From contig CALSNU010000004.1 of NCBI GenBank assembly GCA_943787795.1, positions 544,001 through 608,000 of the forward strand: a stretch of 64,000 nt of DNA, in the 5' to 3' direction. This stretch comes from an uncultured bacterium. GTDB lineage: Bacteria > Planctomycetota > UBA1135 > GCA-002686595. The position numbers and the translations under genes were made by a program. Of the stretch, positions 18,322 through 28,294 are shown in pieces (positions within the stretch are counted from its first letter, which is position 1; each line of letters opens with the position of its first letter). The notes below the pieces were generated by a model. That model was not told the DNA's origin. It did no database searches and saw only the letters and a program-made list of their open reading frames with translations.

Positions 18322-18364
18322 GACGGCGGTTCGTGGGCTGGCCTCCCCCTACCTGGAAGCCGCC

Positions 18365-19285
18365 ATGACCCTCGAACTCGACTCCATCCCCGGAGCCGCC
18401 GCCACACGCGTCGGCAGCGGGACACTCGCCCCCCTCCGGCTCGCGCTCCCCAAGGGACGCCAGCAAGAACAGGTCATCCGCCTGCTCGCGGATGCCGGCG
18501 TCTCTGTGGCCATGGGCGGCCGCGCCTACCGGCCCACCGTCTCACTGCCTGCGGTTGAGACCAAGCTCCTGAAGCCGCAGAACGTCGTCGAGATGCTGGG
18601 CGTCGGGGCCCGCGATGTGGGCTTCGCCGGCGCCGACTGGGCCGAGGAGAAGGCCGCGCCGGTGGTCGAGCTCCTGGACACCAGGCTCAACCCCGTGCGG
18701 ATCGTCGCCGCCGCGCCGCCCGCGCTCCTGGATGACGACGGCAACTTGCCTCGCCGCCCGCTGGTGATCGCCACGGAATACCGACGCTTGACCGAGGCCT
18801 GGATCCGCGACACGGGAATCGACGCCAGGGTGCTGTCCACCTGCGGCGCCACCGAGGTCTTCCCCCCCGAGGACGCCGACCTGATCGTGGACAACTCCTC
18901 CACGGGGTCGACCCTGCAGGCCAACGGCCTCGACGTGATCGCCGAGCTGTTCTCATCCTCGACCCGGCTCTACGCCAGCGAGGCCGCCGCCGCTGATCCC
19001 GGTCGCCGAGCGCGCCTGGACGAGCTGGTGATGCTCCTCCGCTCGGTGCTCGACGCTCGCCAACGCATGATGCTCGAGCTCAACGTGGCCGCGGCGGACC
19101 TCGACGGGGTGCTCGACGTCCTCCCAAGCATGCGTCAGCCCACCATCGCCGCCCTGGGTGGCGAGGCCGGATTCGCCGTGCGCGCCGCGGTGCCCAGGGC
19201 GGCCATCGCCGACCTCGTCCCCCGACTGAAGCAGCTGGGCGGCAGCGACATTGTCCTCTCCGGCGTCAGCCAGCTGGTGCCCTGA
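18365..19285 (+). CDS. hisG: ATP phosphoribosyltransferase, long form
   Basis: LALPKGR, DVGFAGAD, IATEY, GATE..P..ADLIVDNSSTGSTLQANGL; C-terminal regulatory domain (PSMRQPTI, LKQLGGSDI). Confidence 0.96.
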   Translation: MTLELDSIPGAAATRVGSGTLAPLRLALPKGRQQEQVIRLLADAGVSVAMGGRAYRPTVSLPAVETKLLKPQNVVEMLGVGARDVGFAGADWAEEKAAPVVELLDTRLNPVRIVAAAPPALLDDDGNLPRRPLVIATEYRRLTEAWIRDTGIDARVLSTCGATEVFPPEDADLIVDNSSTGSTLQANGLDVIAELFSSSTRLYASEAAAADPGRRARLDELVMLLRSVLDARQRMMLELNVAAADLDGVLDVLPSMRQPTIAALGGEAGFAVRAAVPRAAIADLVPRLKQLGGSDIVLSGVSQLVP

Positions 19286-21027
19286 TGTCGCCCTCCACCC
19301 TCAGCGCCGCGAGCTCCCCCACCAGCACCAGGGGGCCCGAAGCCAACTCTGGTGTCCGGGTGCCCTACCGGGCCGCCCGGCCCCTCGCTCCGTGCGACCT
19401 CTGGCTCGCGGGAAATGAAGGGCGCCCGCCTGAAGCGATCGAGCTCCGCGCCCCCTCGGACGAGCTCGGCCGCTACCCGTCATCCGCCTCACTCGAGGCC
19501 GCAGCGGCGGAGCGCTTCGGGGTGGCACCGGACCAGGTCCTCGCGACCGCCGGAGCCGACGACGGGCTCCTGCGCCTGTGCCTCGCCTTCCTCGAGGCTG
19601 GCCGCGAGCTGATCCTCCCTGCTCCGACGTTCGAGATGATCCCCCGCTATGCGGCTCTCGCCGGCGGCGAGATCGTCGAGGTGAGCTGGGAGGAGGGGTC
19701 CTCGTACCCGGTGGAGGCCGTGCTGCGCTCGATCACCCCGCGCACCTCGCTCATCGCCGTGGTCAGCCCCAACAACCCCACCGGCGCGGTTGCCCGCCCG
19801 CAGGACCTCAAGCGTCTCTCCGAGGCGGCGCCGAACGCCCTCCTCATCGTCGACCAGGCCTACGCGGAGTTCGCCGACGAAGACCTCACGGCTCCGGCGC
19901 TCGAGCTCCCCAACGCCGTGGTGCTTCGCACCATGTCCAAGGCCTATGGCTGCGCCGGGCTCCGCGTGGGCTTCACCCTCGGCGCCCCGAGGATCCTCGA
20001 GCTCCTCCGCGCCGCAGGCAACCCCTACCCCCTGGCGGCGAGCTCGCTCAACGCCGCGACCCAGCGTCTCTCGGACGACATCAGTCCGTCCGTGCAGCGG
20101 GTCCGGCGAGAGCGCGACGCGCTCCTCGCGACGGCGCAAGAGCTCGGCCTCGAGGCGTCCCCCAGCCAGGGCAACTTCGTGTTCATCCGCACTCCACGCG
20201 CCTCCACGATCCGCGACCTGATGGCGGGCCTCGGGGTCGCCATCCGAGCGTTCCCAGGCGTCCCCGGGCTCACCGACGCGCTTCGGATCACGCTCCCCGG
20301 TGACAGCGTGAGCTTCACGCGCCTGGATCAGGCGATCCGCTCAGTCCTGGCCCCCGACGCCCTCCTCTTCGACCTCGACGGAGTCCTCGCGGACGTCTCC
20401 AGCTCCTATCGGACCGCCATCCGCGAGACCGCGGCGACGTTCGGGGTCACGATCACCGACTCCGACGTCGCGGCGGCCAAGGCCGCAGGCGACGCCAATG
20501 ACGACTGGCGCCTGACGTGGAGACTCCTGGTCGACCGGGGCGTTGAGTGTTCCCTCGAAGAGGTCACTCTTCGCTTCGAGGCGCTCTATCAGGGGACGTC
20601 GACGGCGCCCGGCCTCCGCGAAGAGGAGTCGTTGCTCCTGGACCGCGAGAGCCTCAGGCGCCTCGCCGCCGAGCGGCCGCTCGCGGTGGTCACAGGCCGA
20701 CCCCGGTCAGACGCCCGGAGGTTCCTCGAGGAGCAGGGGATCGCCGACCTGTTTGGCGCGGTGATCACCCGGGATGACGCGCCGCTCAAGCCAGATCCCG
20801 AGCCGGTCCGCCGCGCCATGGACGCCCTCGGCGTGCGCACCGCCTGGATGATCGGCGACACGCGCGACGACGTCGAGAGCGCGCGCGCAGCCGGCGCCGT
20901 GCCGGTCGCCGTCCTCCCTCCGGGCGGCAGCGACAGCGCCCGGAGCACCCTCAAGGCTCAGCTATGCGCAGCAGGCGCCGGCGTCTGCCTGGACCGTACC
21001 ACCGAACTCGAGGAGCTCCTCCCGTGA
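19285..21027 (+). CDS. hisC: Histidinol-phosphate aminotransferase fused to C-terminal HAD-IA phosphatase (putative histidinol-phosphatase)
   Basis: [34 protein letters not shown]; from ~aa 355 [36 protein letters not shown]. Confidence 0.92.
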   Translation: MSPSTLSAASSPTSTRGPEANSGVRVPYRAARPLAPCDLWLAGNEGRPPEAIELRAPSDELGRYPSSASLEAAAAERFGVAPDQVLATAGADDGLLRLCLAFLEAGRELILPAPTFEMIPRYAALAGGEIVEVSWEEGSSYPVEAVLRSITPRTSLIAVVSPNNPTGAVARPQDLKRLSEAAPNALLIVDQAYAEFADEDLTAPALELPNAVVLRTMSKAYGCAGLRVGFTLGAPRILELLRAAGNPYPLAASSLNAATQRLSDDISPSVQRVRRERDALLATAQELGLEASPSQGNFVFIRTPRASTIRDLMAGLGVAIRAFPGVPGLTDALRITLPGDSVSFTRLDQAIRSVLAPDALLFDLDGVLADVSSSYRTAIRETAATFGVTITDSDVAAAKAAGDANDDWRLTWRLLVDRGVECSLEEVTLRFEALYQGTSTAPGLREEESLLLDRESLRRLAAERPLAVVTGRPRSDARRFLEEQGIADLFGAVITRDDAPLKPDPEPVRRAMDALGVRTAWMIGDTRDDVESARAAGAVPVAVLPPGGSDSARSTLKAQLCAAGAGVCLDRTTELEELLP

Positions 21028-21638
21028 CTGACACCCTGCCCATCGCCCGCGCCCCGCGGGTCACCAGCCGCCGCCGCGACACCGGCGAGACCTCGGTCGA
21101 GCTGCGCCTCAACCTCGACGGCACGGGCCGCGCCGAGGTCTCGACCGGGCTGCGTTTCCTGGACCACATGCTCGACGCCCTCGCGCGTCACGCACGCCTC
21201 GACTTGACCCTCAAGTGCGAGGGGGACCTGGACGTCGACGACCACCACACCGTGGAGGACTGCGCCATCGTCCTCGGCGGCGCCCTGGATGAGCTGCTCG
21301 GAGAGCGGCGCGGGATCACCCGCTTCGGGAGCGCGTATGCGCCCCTCGACGAGGCCCTCGCACGGGTCGTCGTGGACCTCTCCGGTCGCCCATGGCCAGA
21401 GGTCGATCTCGGCCTCCGCCGCGAGCGCATCGGGGCCGTGGCGTGCGAGAACCTGACCCACTTCCTCCAGACCCTCGCCATCGAGGGCCGCATGGCCCTG
21501 CACGTCGACGTCCTCCGCGGCGCCAACGATCACCACCGCGCCGAGGCTGCCTTCAAGGCCCTCGCCCTCGCCCTGCGCGAGGCCTTCACCCGCGACGGCG
21601 CCGACGCCGTGCCCAGCACCAAGGGGGTGCTCTCATGA
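21024..21638 (+). CDS. hisB: Imidazoleglycerol-phosphate dehydratase (monofunctional)
   Basis: [43 protein letters not shown] overlap with hisC. Confidence 0.97.
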   Translation: MTDTLPIARAPRVTSRRRDTGETSVELRLNLDGTGRAEVSTGLRFLDHMLDALARHARLDLTLKCEGDLDVDDHHTVEDCAIVLGGALDELLGERRGITRFGSAYAPLDEALARVVVDLSGRPWPEVDLGLRRERIGAVACENLTHFLQTLAIEGRMALHVDVLRGANDHHRAEAAFKALALALREAFTRDGADAVPSTKGVLS

Positions 21639-22273
21639 GACCTGAAGTTGTCCTCGTACGAACTGGCGTGGCGAATGTCGCGTCTGTCACCGCTGCCCTC
21701 CGGCGTCTTGGCGTCGAGCCGCGGCTCTCCGATGACCCGGGCGTGATCCGTGAGGCGGCCGCCGTCGTGCTCCCCGGCGTGGGTGCCTTCGGCGCCGGCA
21801 TGGAGCGGCTCGACGCCGCCGGGCTCGTGACGCCGCTGCGCGCCCGGGTGGAGCGTGGCGAGCCGACCCTCGCGATCTGTCTCGGTGTTCAGCTCCTCGG
21901 CATCGAGAGCGAGGAGGAGCCCGGCGTCCCCGGCCTCGGCGTCGCGCCCGCGCGCACGCGCAGGCTCATGGGTGCCCCTCGCCTCCCCCACTTCGGGTGG
22001 AACGAGGTGGCGCCGGACCCAGGCTGCACAATCATCCAGCCAGGGGAGGCGTACTTCGCCCACAGCTACCGCCTCGACGACTCTGCGGCTCTGGCGGCGG
22101 AGGGTTGGGCCGTCGCTCGCTCGAACGAAGGCGAGCCCTTCGTGGCCGCCATCGAGCGCGGCGCCGTGCTCGGGTGCCAGTTCCACCCTGAGCTCTCGGG
22201 GGCCTTCGGGGCGGCGCTGCTCGAGCGCTGGCTCGAGCGCGCGGCGGTCGCCTGTGCCGGGGGGGTCGCCTGA
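21635..22273 (+). CDS. hisH: IGP synthase glutaminase subunit
   Basis: [35 protein letters not shown]. Confidence 0.96.
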   Translation: MRPEVVLVRTGVANVASVTAALRRLGVEPRLSDDPGVIREAAAVVLPGVGAFGAGMERLDAAGLVTPLRARVERGEPTLAICLGVQLLGIESEEEPGVPGLGVAPARTRRLMGAPRLPHFGWNEVAPDPGCTIIQPGEAYFAHSYRLDDSAALAAEGWAVARSNEGEPFVAAIERGAVLGCQFHPELSGAFGAALLERWLERAAVACAGGVA

Positions 22274-23073
22274 TGGTCCGCCTCAGAGTCATTCCATGCC
22301 TCGACGTGAAGGACGGCAGGGTCGTGAAGGGTGTCCGCTTCCAGGGCCTCCGCGATGCTGGTGACCCCGTGGAGCGCGCGGTCGCCTACGAGGAGTCCGG
22401 GGCCGACGAGCTCTGCCTGCTCGACGTCTCGGCCACCCGCGAGGGGCGGGCGAGCGCCGTGGAGACCGTACGCGCCGTGCGCGCCGCGATCGGGATCCCG
22501 CTCACCGTCGGCGGCGGCGTACGGCGCGTCGAGGACGCCGCGCGGCTGCTCGACGCCGGCGCGGACAAGGTCGCGGTCAACACCGCCGCCCTCGAACGTC
22601 CAGAGCTCCTCTCCGAGATCAAGGCTCGCCTCGGTGCCCAGTGCACGATCCTCTCCCTGGACGCGGCGCGCCGCGGAGGAGCAGAGGACCCGGACAGCAG
22701 CCCGAGCTGGGAGGTGGTCGTCGCCGGAGGCACCCAGCGCACCGGGACCGACGCGATCCAGTGGGCGCGCCTCGCGGTGGGCCTCGGCGCCGGCGAGATC
22801 CTCGCCACCAGCTGGGACCGCGACGGGACAGGAGCGGGGTATGACGTCGAGCTCCTCCGCGCCCTGGCCGACGCCGTCCCTGTCCCGCTGATCGCCAGCG
22901 GCGGCGCCCGCACCACGGGCCACATGGAGACGGCCCTCGACGCCGGCGCGAGCGCCGTGCTCGCCGCCTCCATCTTCCACGACGGTTTGACGACCGTCAG
23001 CCAGGTCAAACTCGAGCTCGCCCGGTCCGGGCGCGATGTCCGCCTCCCCCTGTCTTCCCCCACTGCCCGATGA
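22273..23073 (+). CDS. hisF: IGP synthase cyclase subunit
   Basis: RVIPCLDVKDGRVVKG, GADEL, PLTVGGG, GADKVAVN, GAGEIL.TS.DRDGT, IASGGA, LAASIFH. Confidence 0.97.
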   Translation: MVRLRVIPCLDVKDGRVVKGVRFQGLRDAGDPVERAVAYEESGADELCLLDVSATREGRASAVETVRAVRAAIGIPLTVGGGVRRVEDAARLLDAGADKVAVNTAALERPELLSEIKARLGAQCTILSLDAARRGGAEDPDSSPSWEVVVAGGTQRTGTDAIQWARLAVGLGAGEILATSWDRDGTGAGYDVELLRALADAVPVPLIASGGARTTGHMETALDAGASAVLAASIFHDGLTTVSQVKLELARSGRDVRLPLSSPTAR

Positions 23074-24341
23074 TCATCCCCAGCATTGACCTCATGCGAG
23101 GCTCCACGGTCCAGCTCGTCGGCGGCGAGGAGCTCGCCATCGAGGCGGGCGACCCTCGCCCGCTCCTGGAGCGCTTCAGCCGCGTCGGCGAGACGGCCGT
23201 CATCGACCTCGATGCCGCCACGGGCGAGGGCTCCAACGAGGCGCTCATCACGGAGCTCTGTCGGCGCGGACCCGTCCGCGTTGGCGGCGGCATCCGGGAT
23301 CTTGCGACCGCCCGTCGCTGGCTCGACCGTGGCGCAGCGAAGATCATCATCGGCACCGCGGCGGACCCCGTCCTCCTGCGAGAGCTGCCCAGGGAGCGGG
23401 TCATCGTCGCCCTCGATTCGCGCGATGGCGAGGTCGTGGTGGAGGGCTGGCGCAAGCCGACCGGCCGCGGCGTCGAGGAGCGGATGGCCGAACTGGCGCC
23501 GTTCGTCGCGGGGTTCCTGGTGACCTTTGTGGAGCTCGAGGGGCGCCTCGGCGGTACCGCGATCGACCGCGTCCGCGGGCTCGTCGAGGCCGCCGGCACC
23601 GCGCGCGTCACGGTCGCTGGAGGCGTCACACGGAGCGAGGAGGTCGCGGCGCTGGATGCCATGGGCGCGGACGCCCAGGTCGGCATGGCGCTCTACACGG
23701 GCGCCCTCCCTCTGGTGGACGCCTTCTCCGCGCCGCTCGTCTCGGAGCGATCTGACGGGCTCATCGCCACCGTGGTCACCGACGAGGCGGGCCGCGCACT
23801 CGGGATGTGCTGGTCCAGCCGGCGGAGCCTGGAGTACGCGCTCGAGAACGGGGTCGGCGCCTATGAGAGCCGCCGCCGTGGCCTCTGGGTCAAAGGCGCC
23901 ACCTCGGGCGCCACCCAAGAGCTGATCCGGATCGAGGCCGACTGCGACCGGGACGCCCTGCGCTTCGTGGTCCGCCAGGCGGGCGCCGGGTTCTGCCACC
24001 TGGACACCGAGAGCTGCTGGGGCCCGGCCACGGGGCTGCGCGCCCTGGAGCAGACTCTGGAGCGGCGCCGTGCCACGGCCGAGGCCGGCTCCTACAGCCA
24101 GCGGCTCTTCGGGGACGCGGAGCTGCTCGGCGCCAAGCTCCGCGAAGAGGCTGCCGAACTCGCGGAGGCCACAGGTCCCGACGAGGTGGTGCATGAGGCC
24201 GCCGACGTCCTCTTCTTTGCCTCCGTCGCGATGTCCCGCGCGGGCGTCACACTCTCGGACGTGGAGCGTGAACTCGACCGTCGAGCCGCCGCTGTCACCC
24301 GCCGGGCCGGCGACGCCAAGCCGGAGGTCGAACGCTCATGA
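23070..24341 (+). CDS. hisA-hisIE: HisA-like ProFAR isomerase barrel fused to HisI (PR-AMP cyclohydrolase) and HisE (PR-ATP pyrophosphatase)
   Basis: IIPSIDL, IDLDAA, VGGGIR, VAGGV, VGMALY; then LWVKGATSG, DCDRDAL...FCH...SCW; then SYSQRLF, KLREEAAEL, HEAADVLFF. Confidence 0.92.
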   Translation: MIIPSIDLMRGSTVQLVGGEELAIEAGDPRPLLERFSRVGETAVIDLDAATGEGSNEALITELCRRGPVRVGGGIRDLATARRWLDRGAAKIIIGTAADPVLLRELPRERVIVALDSRDGEVVVEGWRKPTGRGVEERMAELAPFVAGFLVTFVELEGRLGGTAIDRVRGLVEAAGTARVTVAGGVTRSEEVAALDAMGADAQVGMALYTGALPLVDAFSAPLVSERSDGLIATVVTDEAGRALGMCWSSRRSLEYALENGVGAYESRRRGLWVKGATSGATQELIRIEADCDRDALRFVVRQAGAGFCHLDTESCWGPATGLRALEQTLERRRATAEAGSYSQRLFGDAELLGAKLREEAAELAEATGPDEVVHEAADVLFFASVAMSRAGVTLSDVERELDRRAAAVTRRAGDAKPEVERS

Positions 24342-25621
24342 GCACCTCCATCCGTGAGACTCCCCTGCTGCGGGAGATCACCCTCGATCAGATCGAGGCC
24401 TCGGCGCCCAGCGCGGTGGACGAGGTCACCCGTGTCACAGCGAGGTCCATCGTCGACTCCGTCCGCACCGGCGGCGAGGCTGTGCTCCGTGAGTACACCA
24501 CCGGGCTGGATGGCCTCTCGCCGTCCGCGCCACTCGTGCTCGATCGCGCGGCCCTGGAACGCGCCGCCGAGGGGCTCAGCGCTTCTACCCGGCAGCTCCT
24601 CGAGAGGACCGCGGAGCGGATCCGCGCCTTCGCCACGGCTCAGCGGGATGCGCTCTCACCGCTTGACGTGGCGGTCCCCGGAGGGCGCGCAGGACACGAA
24701 GTCGTGCCGATCGAGGCGGCTGGTTGCTACGCACCTGGAGGTCGCTACCCGCTCCCCTCCTCCGTGCTCATGACAGCCGTGACCGCCAAGGCCGCAGGGG
24801 TGGAGCGGGTCGTGGTGGCGTCGCCCAACCCCAAGCCAATCGTGGTCGCAGCCGCCGCGATCGCGGGGGCCGACTGCCTGTTGACGGCGGGCGGGGCCCA
24901 AGCCATCGCCGCCCTCGCGCACGGCATCCCGGGGCTCCTTGATCCTGTGGACGTCATCGTCGGGCCGGGCAACCGTTGGGTCACCGCCGCCAAGCAGTAC
25001 GTCTTCGGCGACGTGGGGATCGACCTCCCCGCCGGCCCCTCCGAGCTGGTGGTTCTCGCCGACGCCTCTGCGGACCCCGAGCTCGTCGCAGCCGACCTGC
25101 TCGCCCAGGCGGAGCACGACCCTGACGCGAGGCCCGCCCTCATCACCACAGAGGCCGGACTCCTGCCCGAAGTCGAGGCGGCGCTCGGTCGTCAGCTCGC
25201 ATCGCTGGACACCAAGGAGGTCGCCTCGCAGGCGCTCGCCGCGGGCTTCGCTGCGGTGGCGCCCTCCATGGAGGCGGCGCTCGAGGCCGTGGACCGGCTC
25301 GCTCCCGAGCACCTCCAGCTATGCGTGGAAGACCCCGACGGCGCGAGGCGTCGCCTCAAGCACCACGGAGCCTCGTTCCTGGGCGAGGGCTCGGCGGAGG
25401 TCTTCGGCGACTACGGTGTCGGCCCGAACCACGTCCTCCCCACCGGCGGAGCCGCTCGCTACTCGGGGGGCCTCTCGGTCTTCAACTTCTTGCGGATCAG
25501 GACCTGGCTGCGCCTCGACGACCCGTCGCTGGTGGCGGGAGACGTCGAGGCCCTTGCCAGGGAGGAGCGGTTGACGGCCCACGCTCGGGCCGCCGCCGCG
25601 CGGGTCAGGGCACCAGGGTGA
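24338..25621 (+). CDS. hisD: Histidinol dehydrogenase
   Basis: YAPGGRYPLPSSVLM, GGAQAIAA, GPGNRWV, AGPSE, QAEHD, APEHL, GDY..GPNHVLPT; ATGA overlap with upstream fusion. Confidence 0.97.
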   Translation: MSTSIRETPLLREITLDQIEASAPSAVDEVTRVTARSIVDSVRTGGEAVLREYTTGLDGLSPSAPLVLDRAALERAAEGLSASTRQLLERTAERIRAFATAQRDALSPLDVAVPGGRAGHEVVPIEAAGCYAPGGRYPLPSSVLMTAVTAKAAGVERVVVASPNPKPIVVAAAAIAGADCLLTAGGAQAIAALAHGIPGLLDPVDVIVGPGNRWVTAAKQYVFGDVGIDLPAGPSELVVLADASADPELVAADLLAQAEHDPDARPALITTEAGLLPEVEAALGRQLASLDTKEVASQALAAGFAAVAPSMEAALEAVDRLAPEHLQLCVEDPDGARRRLKHHGASFLGEGSAEVFGDYGVGPNHVLPTGGAARYSGGLSVFNFLRIRTWLRLDDPSLVAGDVEALAREERLTAHARAAAARVRAPG

Positions 25622-27260
25622 CCTCGACCGCGTTGGTCCAGTTGATCTCGCCACAAGTGCTGGCGACGTCTCGGTAGACCGCCTGGAACGTCCAGGTCTC
25701 CCCCGCCGAGGCGCCTGCGAGCCTCAGGAGCCCGGGACCGAAGTCCTGGGTTCCGGCGCCCGTGAGGGCGAGGCGGCGGGCTCCGCTTCCAACGCAAGCG
25801 AGGCCGCCGAAGCTCGTACGAACCTGGGCCGCCCCGGGCATCCCCCAGAGCACCACCGCCATCGAGGGCACGTCGCCGTTGAGGTTGAGGCGCAGGTCAT
25901 CGCTGAGGACGCTCGCCGAGCCGCCAGCCACCAGCATCGAGCCGAAGCCGAGGGAGCTCCGGCAGCCGGAGGGGACCCCGTCGCCAGGGTCATTGCCACA
26001 GGGGCAAGGCATGCTCACGCCAGGGACACAGACCATGTTGCCCACCGACTGGTACGGCTCGTCATAGATCCGAACCACGCCACCGCCGGTCACGACCAGG
26101 TCGCTCCCCGGGTTGCCGATGACGGTGTAGTCCGAGCCGAGCGCAGCGACGTTGGTGACATCGTTCCACGGAGCCCGGGGCACGACGACCGCCTCGGTCA
26201 TCCAGTCGCCGCTGGCTTGCTGGCGGTAGATCCAGGTCCGGGGCTGGGTGCGGGGAGAGATCAGCAACCGATCGCCGTCGAGGTCCACCTGATGACCCCA
26301 GCGGAGGTCGTTGGTCGCGGGATCCGGGGGGTCAATCGTGGACTCAAACAGCCACAGGCCCCCAACTCGCTCGTAGAAGTGGACCCCGCCCGAAGGGGGT
26401 CCGCCTGCGGCCAGAGAGCCCTGCTCGGCGAGGACGATGCGCTCTCCGTCCACGGCCATGTCCACGGGGATCTCCCGTCCGGCACCGCCGTCCGGGGCCC
26501 GCAGCTTGGCGGTGTGAGCCCAGCCAGCGCTGGTCAGCTCGTAGACCCACACGCCGCCCCAGACGACGGGGCTCCGGGACGGCGTCGTCGGCCGCCCCAC
26601 AACCACGTAGTCCGAGCCAATCCCGACGCTCGCGCCGAAGCGCTGGAAGGGAGCGGGGTTGTCCGCGAAGAGCTGCGCTGAGAGGGACCACGCGCCGCCG
26701 CTGAGGTCGTAGATGTAGGCCGTCCCCGCCTCGGTTCCAGCCGTGCCGTCGCTCGCGACGCCGACCACGAGCCGGTCGCCCTCGAGGTCCACGGACACCT
26801 GGGTGGGCGTCCCCGACGGGGCGGGAATGATGGCGTCCAGATTCCACCCGAGCACGCTGCGCTGGAAGACGTGCACCAGATCTCCGCCTCCGCCGCTGCA
26901 GACCGCGAGCCGATCCCCGTCCAGGTCGAGGCTCCAGCCGAAGTCCGGCGCGCTCCCCAAGACCTGAAATTGGGCCTGTGAGGACAGGGTGCCGGCGCCG
27001 CGCTCAAAGACGCGGACCTCGCCGACGGAACCGCCGGGCGCCCCATCTTGAAGGCTGACCGCGATGAGATCTCCATCGACGGCCAGCGAGCTGCCGAACC
27101 GGTCGCCAGCGCTGAGATCCGAAGGCGCGAGGAGGGTGTTCTCCACCGACGCCGTCTGCGCCACGGCCGATCCGGCGAGGATCAGGCCGGTCACGGCCTT
27201 GAAGGAAAGGGCGAGGGCGCCGCGCTCGGAGCCTGTTCTATATCGTTGCCGTTGGGTCAT
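25605..27260 (-). CDS. Secreted FG-GAP repeat beta-propeller protein with shared C-terminal domain (start uncertain)
   Basis: Repeats FGSSLAVDGD, FGWSLDLDGD, FGASVGI, WGHQVDLDGD; C-terminal GETWTFQAVYRD...NWTNAVEVTL. Confidence 0.8.
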   Translation of the reverse strand: MTQRQRYRTGSERGALALSFKAVTGLILAGSAVAQTASVENTLLAPSDLSAGDRFGSSLAVDGDLIAVSLQDGAPGGSVGEVRVFERGAGTLSSQAQFQVLGSAPDFGWSLDLDGDRLAVCSGGGGDLVHVFQRSVLGWNLDAIIPAPSGTPTQVSVDLEGDRLVVGVASDGTAGTEAGTAYIYDLSGGAWSLSAQLFADNPAPFQRFGASVGIGSDYVVVGRPTTPSRSPVVWGGVWVYELTSAGWAHTAKLRAPDGGAGREIPVDMAVDGERIVLAEQGSLAAGGPPSGGVHFYERVGGLWLFESTIDPPDPATNDLRWGHQVDLDGDRLLISPRTQPRTWIYRQQASGDWMTEAVVVPRAPWNDVTNVAALGSDYTVIGNPGSDLVVTGGGVVRIYDEPYQSVGNMVCVPGVSMPCPCGNDPGDGVPSGCRSSLGFGSMLVAGGSASVLSDDLRLNLNGDVPSMAVVLWGMPGAAQVRTSFGGLACVGSGARRLALTGAGTQDFGPGLLRLAGASAGETWTFQAVYRDVASTCGEINWTNAVEVTLVP

Positions 27261-27444
27261 GCCCCGAGTCTGCCGATCCAGCATGTCCCAATTCCAGAGA
27301 TACAACGCGCCAAGGGGGATCAATGTGCAGCGCAGCGCTGGCGGCCCCGGGCCGTGCGGTTCTCCTTGAGCTCCGGGGCCTCCGCCGGCCAGCATGGTCA
27401 CGGGGGCTGCGGGTGACCCCATTCCCCGCCCTCCCACGCCAGCC

Positions 27445-28155
27445 ATGACTGCCCTGCCCCTCGACTCTGTGCTCACGTCCGAGCAGCTCCACGCTCACTG
27501 GAAGCCCACCCGAGACAAGCTCGTGCGGGAGGATCGGGAGGAGGAGCTCCGGATCCGAATCCATCGCGCCTGCGCAGCCCTGCGACAGGCCGAGCTCGCG
27601 GAGGCCGACGGGAGCCGAGCGGGGCAGGATGCCGCGCTGGTCTTCCGCTGGGTGTCCCTCAACGCCCTCTACGGCGACTGGGACTACGACCGCGGGATGC
27701 CCACAGGGGACCGGCGGGCCCTGGACCGCTTCACCAGCGCGATCTGCCGCGCCGACGCTGCCGGCCGGATCGCCCGCGCCCTGGGCGCGCACGCCGCGGA
27801 GGCGAGGGCTTTGGTGGAGAGCCCCTTCCTGATCGAACGCTTCTGGAGCGACGGTGAATGGGATCAGGTCCGCCCCCGGCGCGGCCGCGCTCGCAGGCTG
27901 CAGGAAGATCTCGATGGCCAGCGGCCCAGCGCGGCTCTCCAGCAGGTGCTCATCGCGGTCTATTTCCTGCGCTGCCAGATCATCCACGGTGGCGCGACCC
28001 TGGGGAGCGGGATGAACCGCGTCACCGTGGACCCCGCCTCCCAGCTCCTGCGCGCGCTGTGCGGACCGATCATCGCCGTCAGCATGGAACACGGGCTCGA
28101 CATGCCCTGGGGCGAGCTCTGCTACCCCCCGGTCCGGAGCGCGGACCCTTCCTGA
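27445..28155 (+). CDS. HEPN-domain protein (ApeA-like fold, putative RNase)
   Basis: RIHRA...AE, FRWVSLNALYG, YFLRCQIIHGGAT (Rx4H motif), C-terminal WGELCYPPV. Confidence 0.7.
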   Translation: MTALPLDSVLTSEQLHAHWKPTRDKLVREDREEELRIRIHRACAALRQAELAEADGSRAGQDAALVFRWVSLNALYGDWDYDRGMPTGDRRALDRFTSAICRADAAGRIARALGAHAAEARALVESPFLIERFWSDGEWDQVRPRRGRARRLQEDLDGQRPSAALQQVLIAVYFLRCQIIHGGATLGSGMNRVTVDPASQLLRALCGPIIAVSMEHGLDMPWGELCYPPVRSADPS

Positions 28156-28294
28156 AGGCCTCATTCTGAGGGCGCCGACGTGAGCCCCAGAGGCTCTCGA
28201 GGAGGCCGAGGCGACTTCGGCGAGCGGCGCCGGACCTGGAAGGCTCTCCCTCAACACGTCGTTCTCACGAGGGGGGAGTATCTTGGGAGGAGCC

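Noticed and set aside
25605..25621. Convergent 17-bp overlap of hisD and the FG-GAP gene as antisense regulation
   Set aside because: Short 3' overlaps are common in GC-rich genomes; no further evidence
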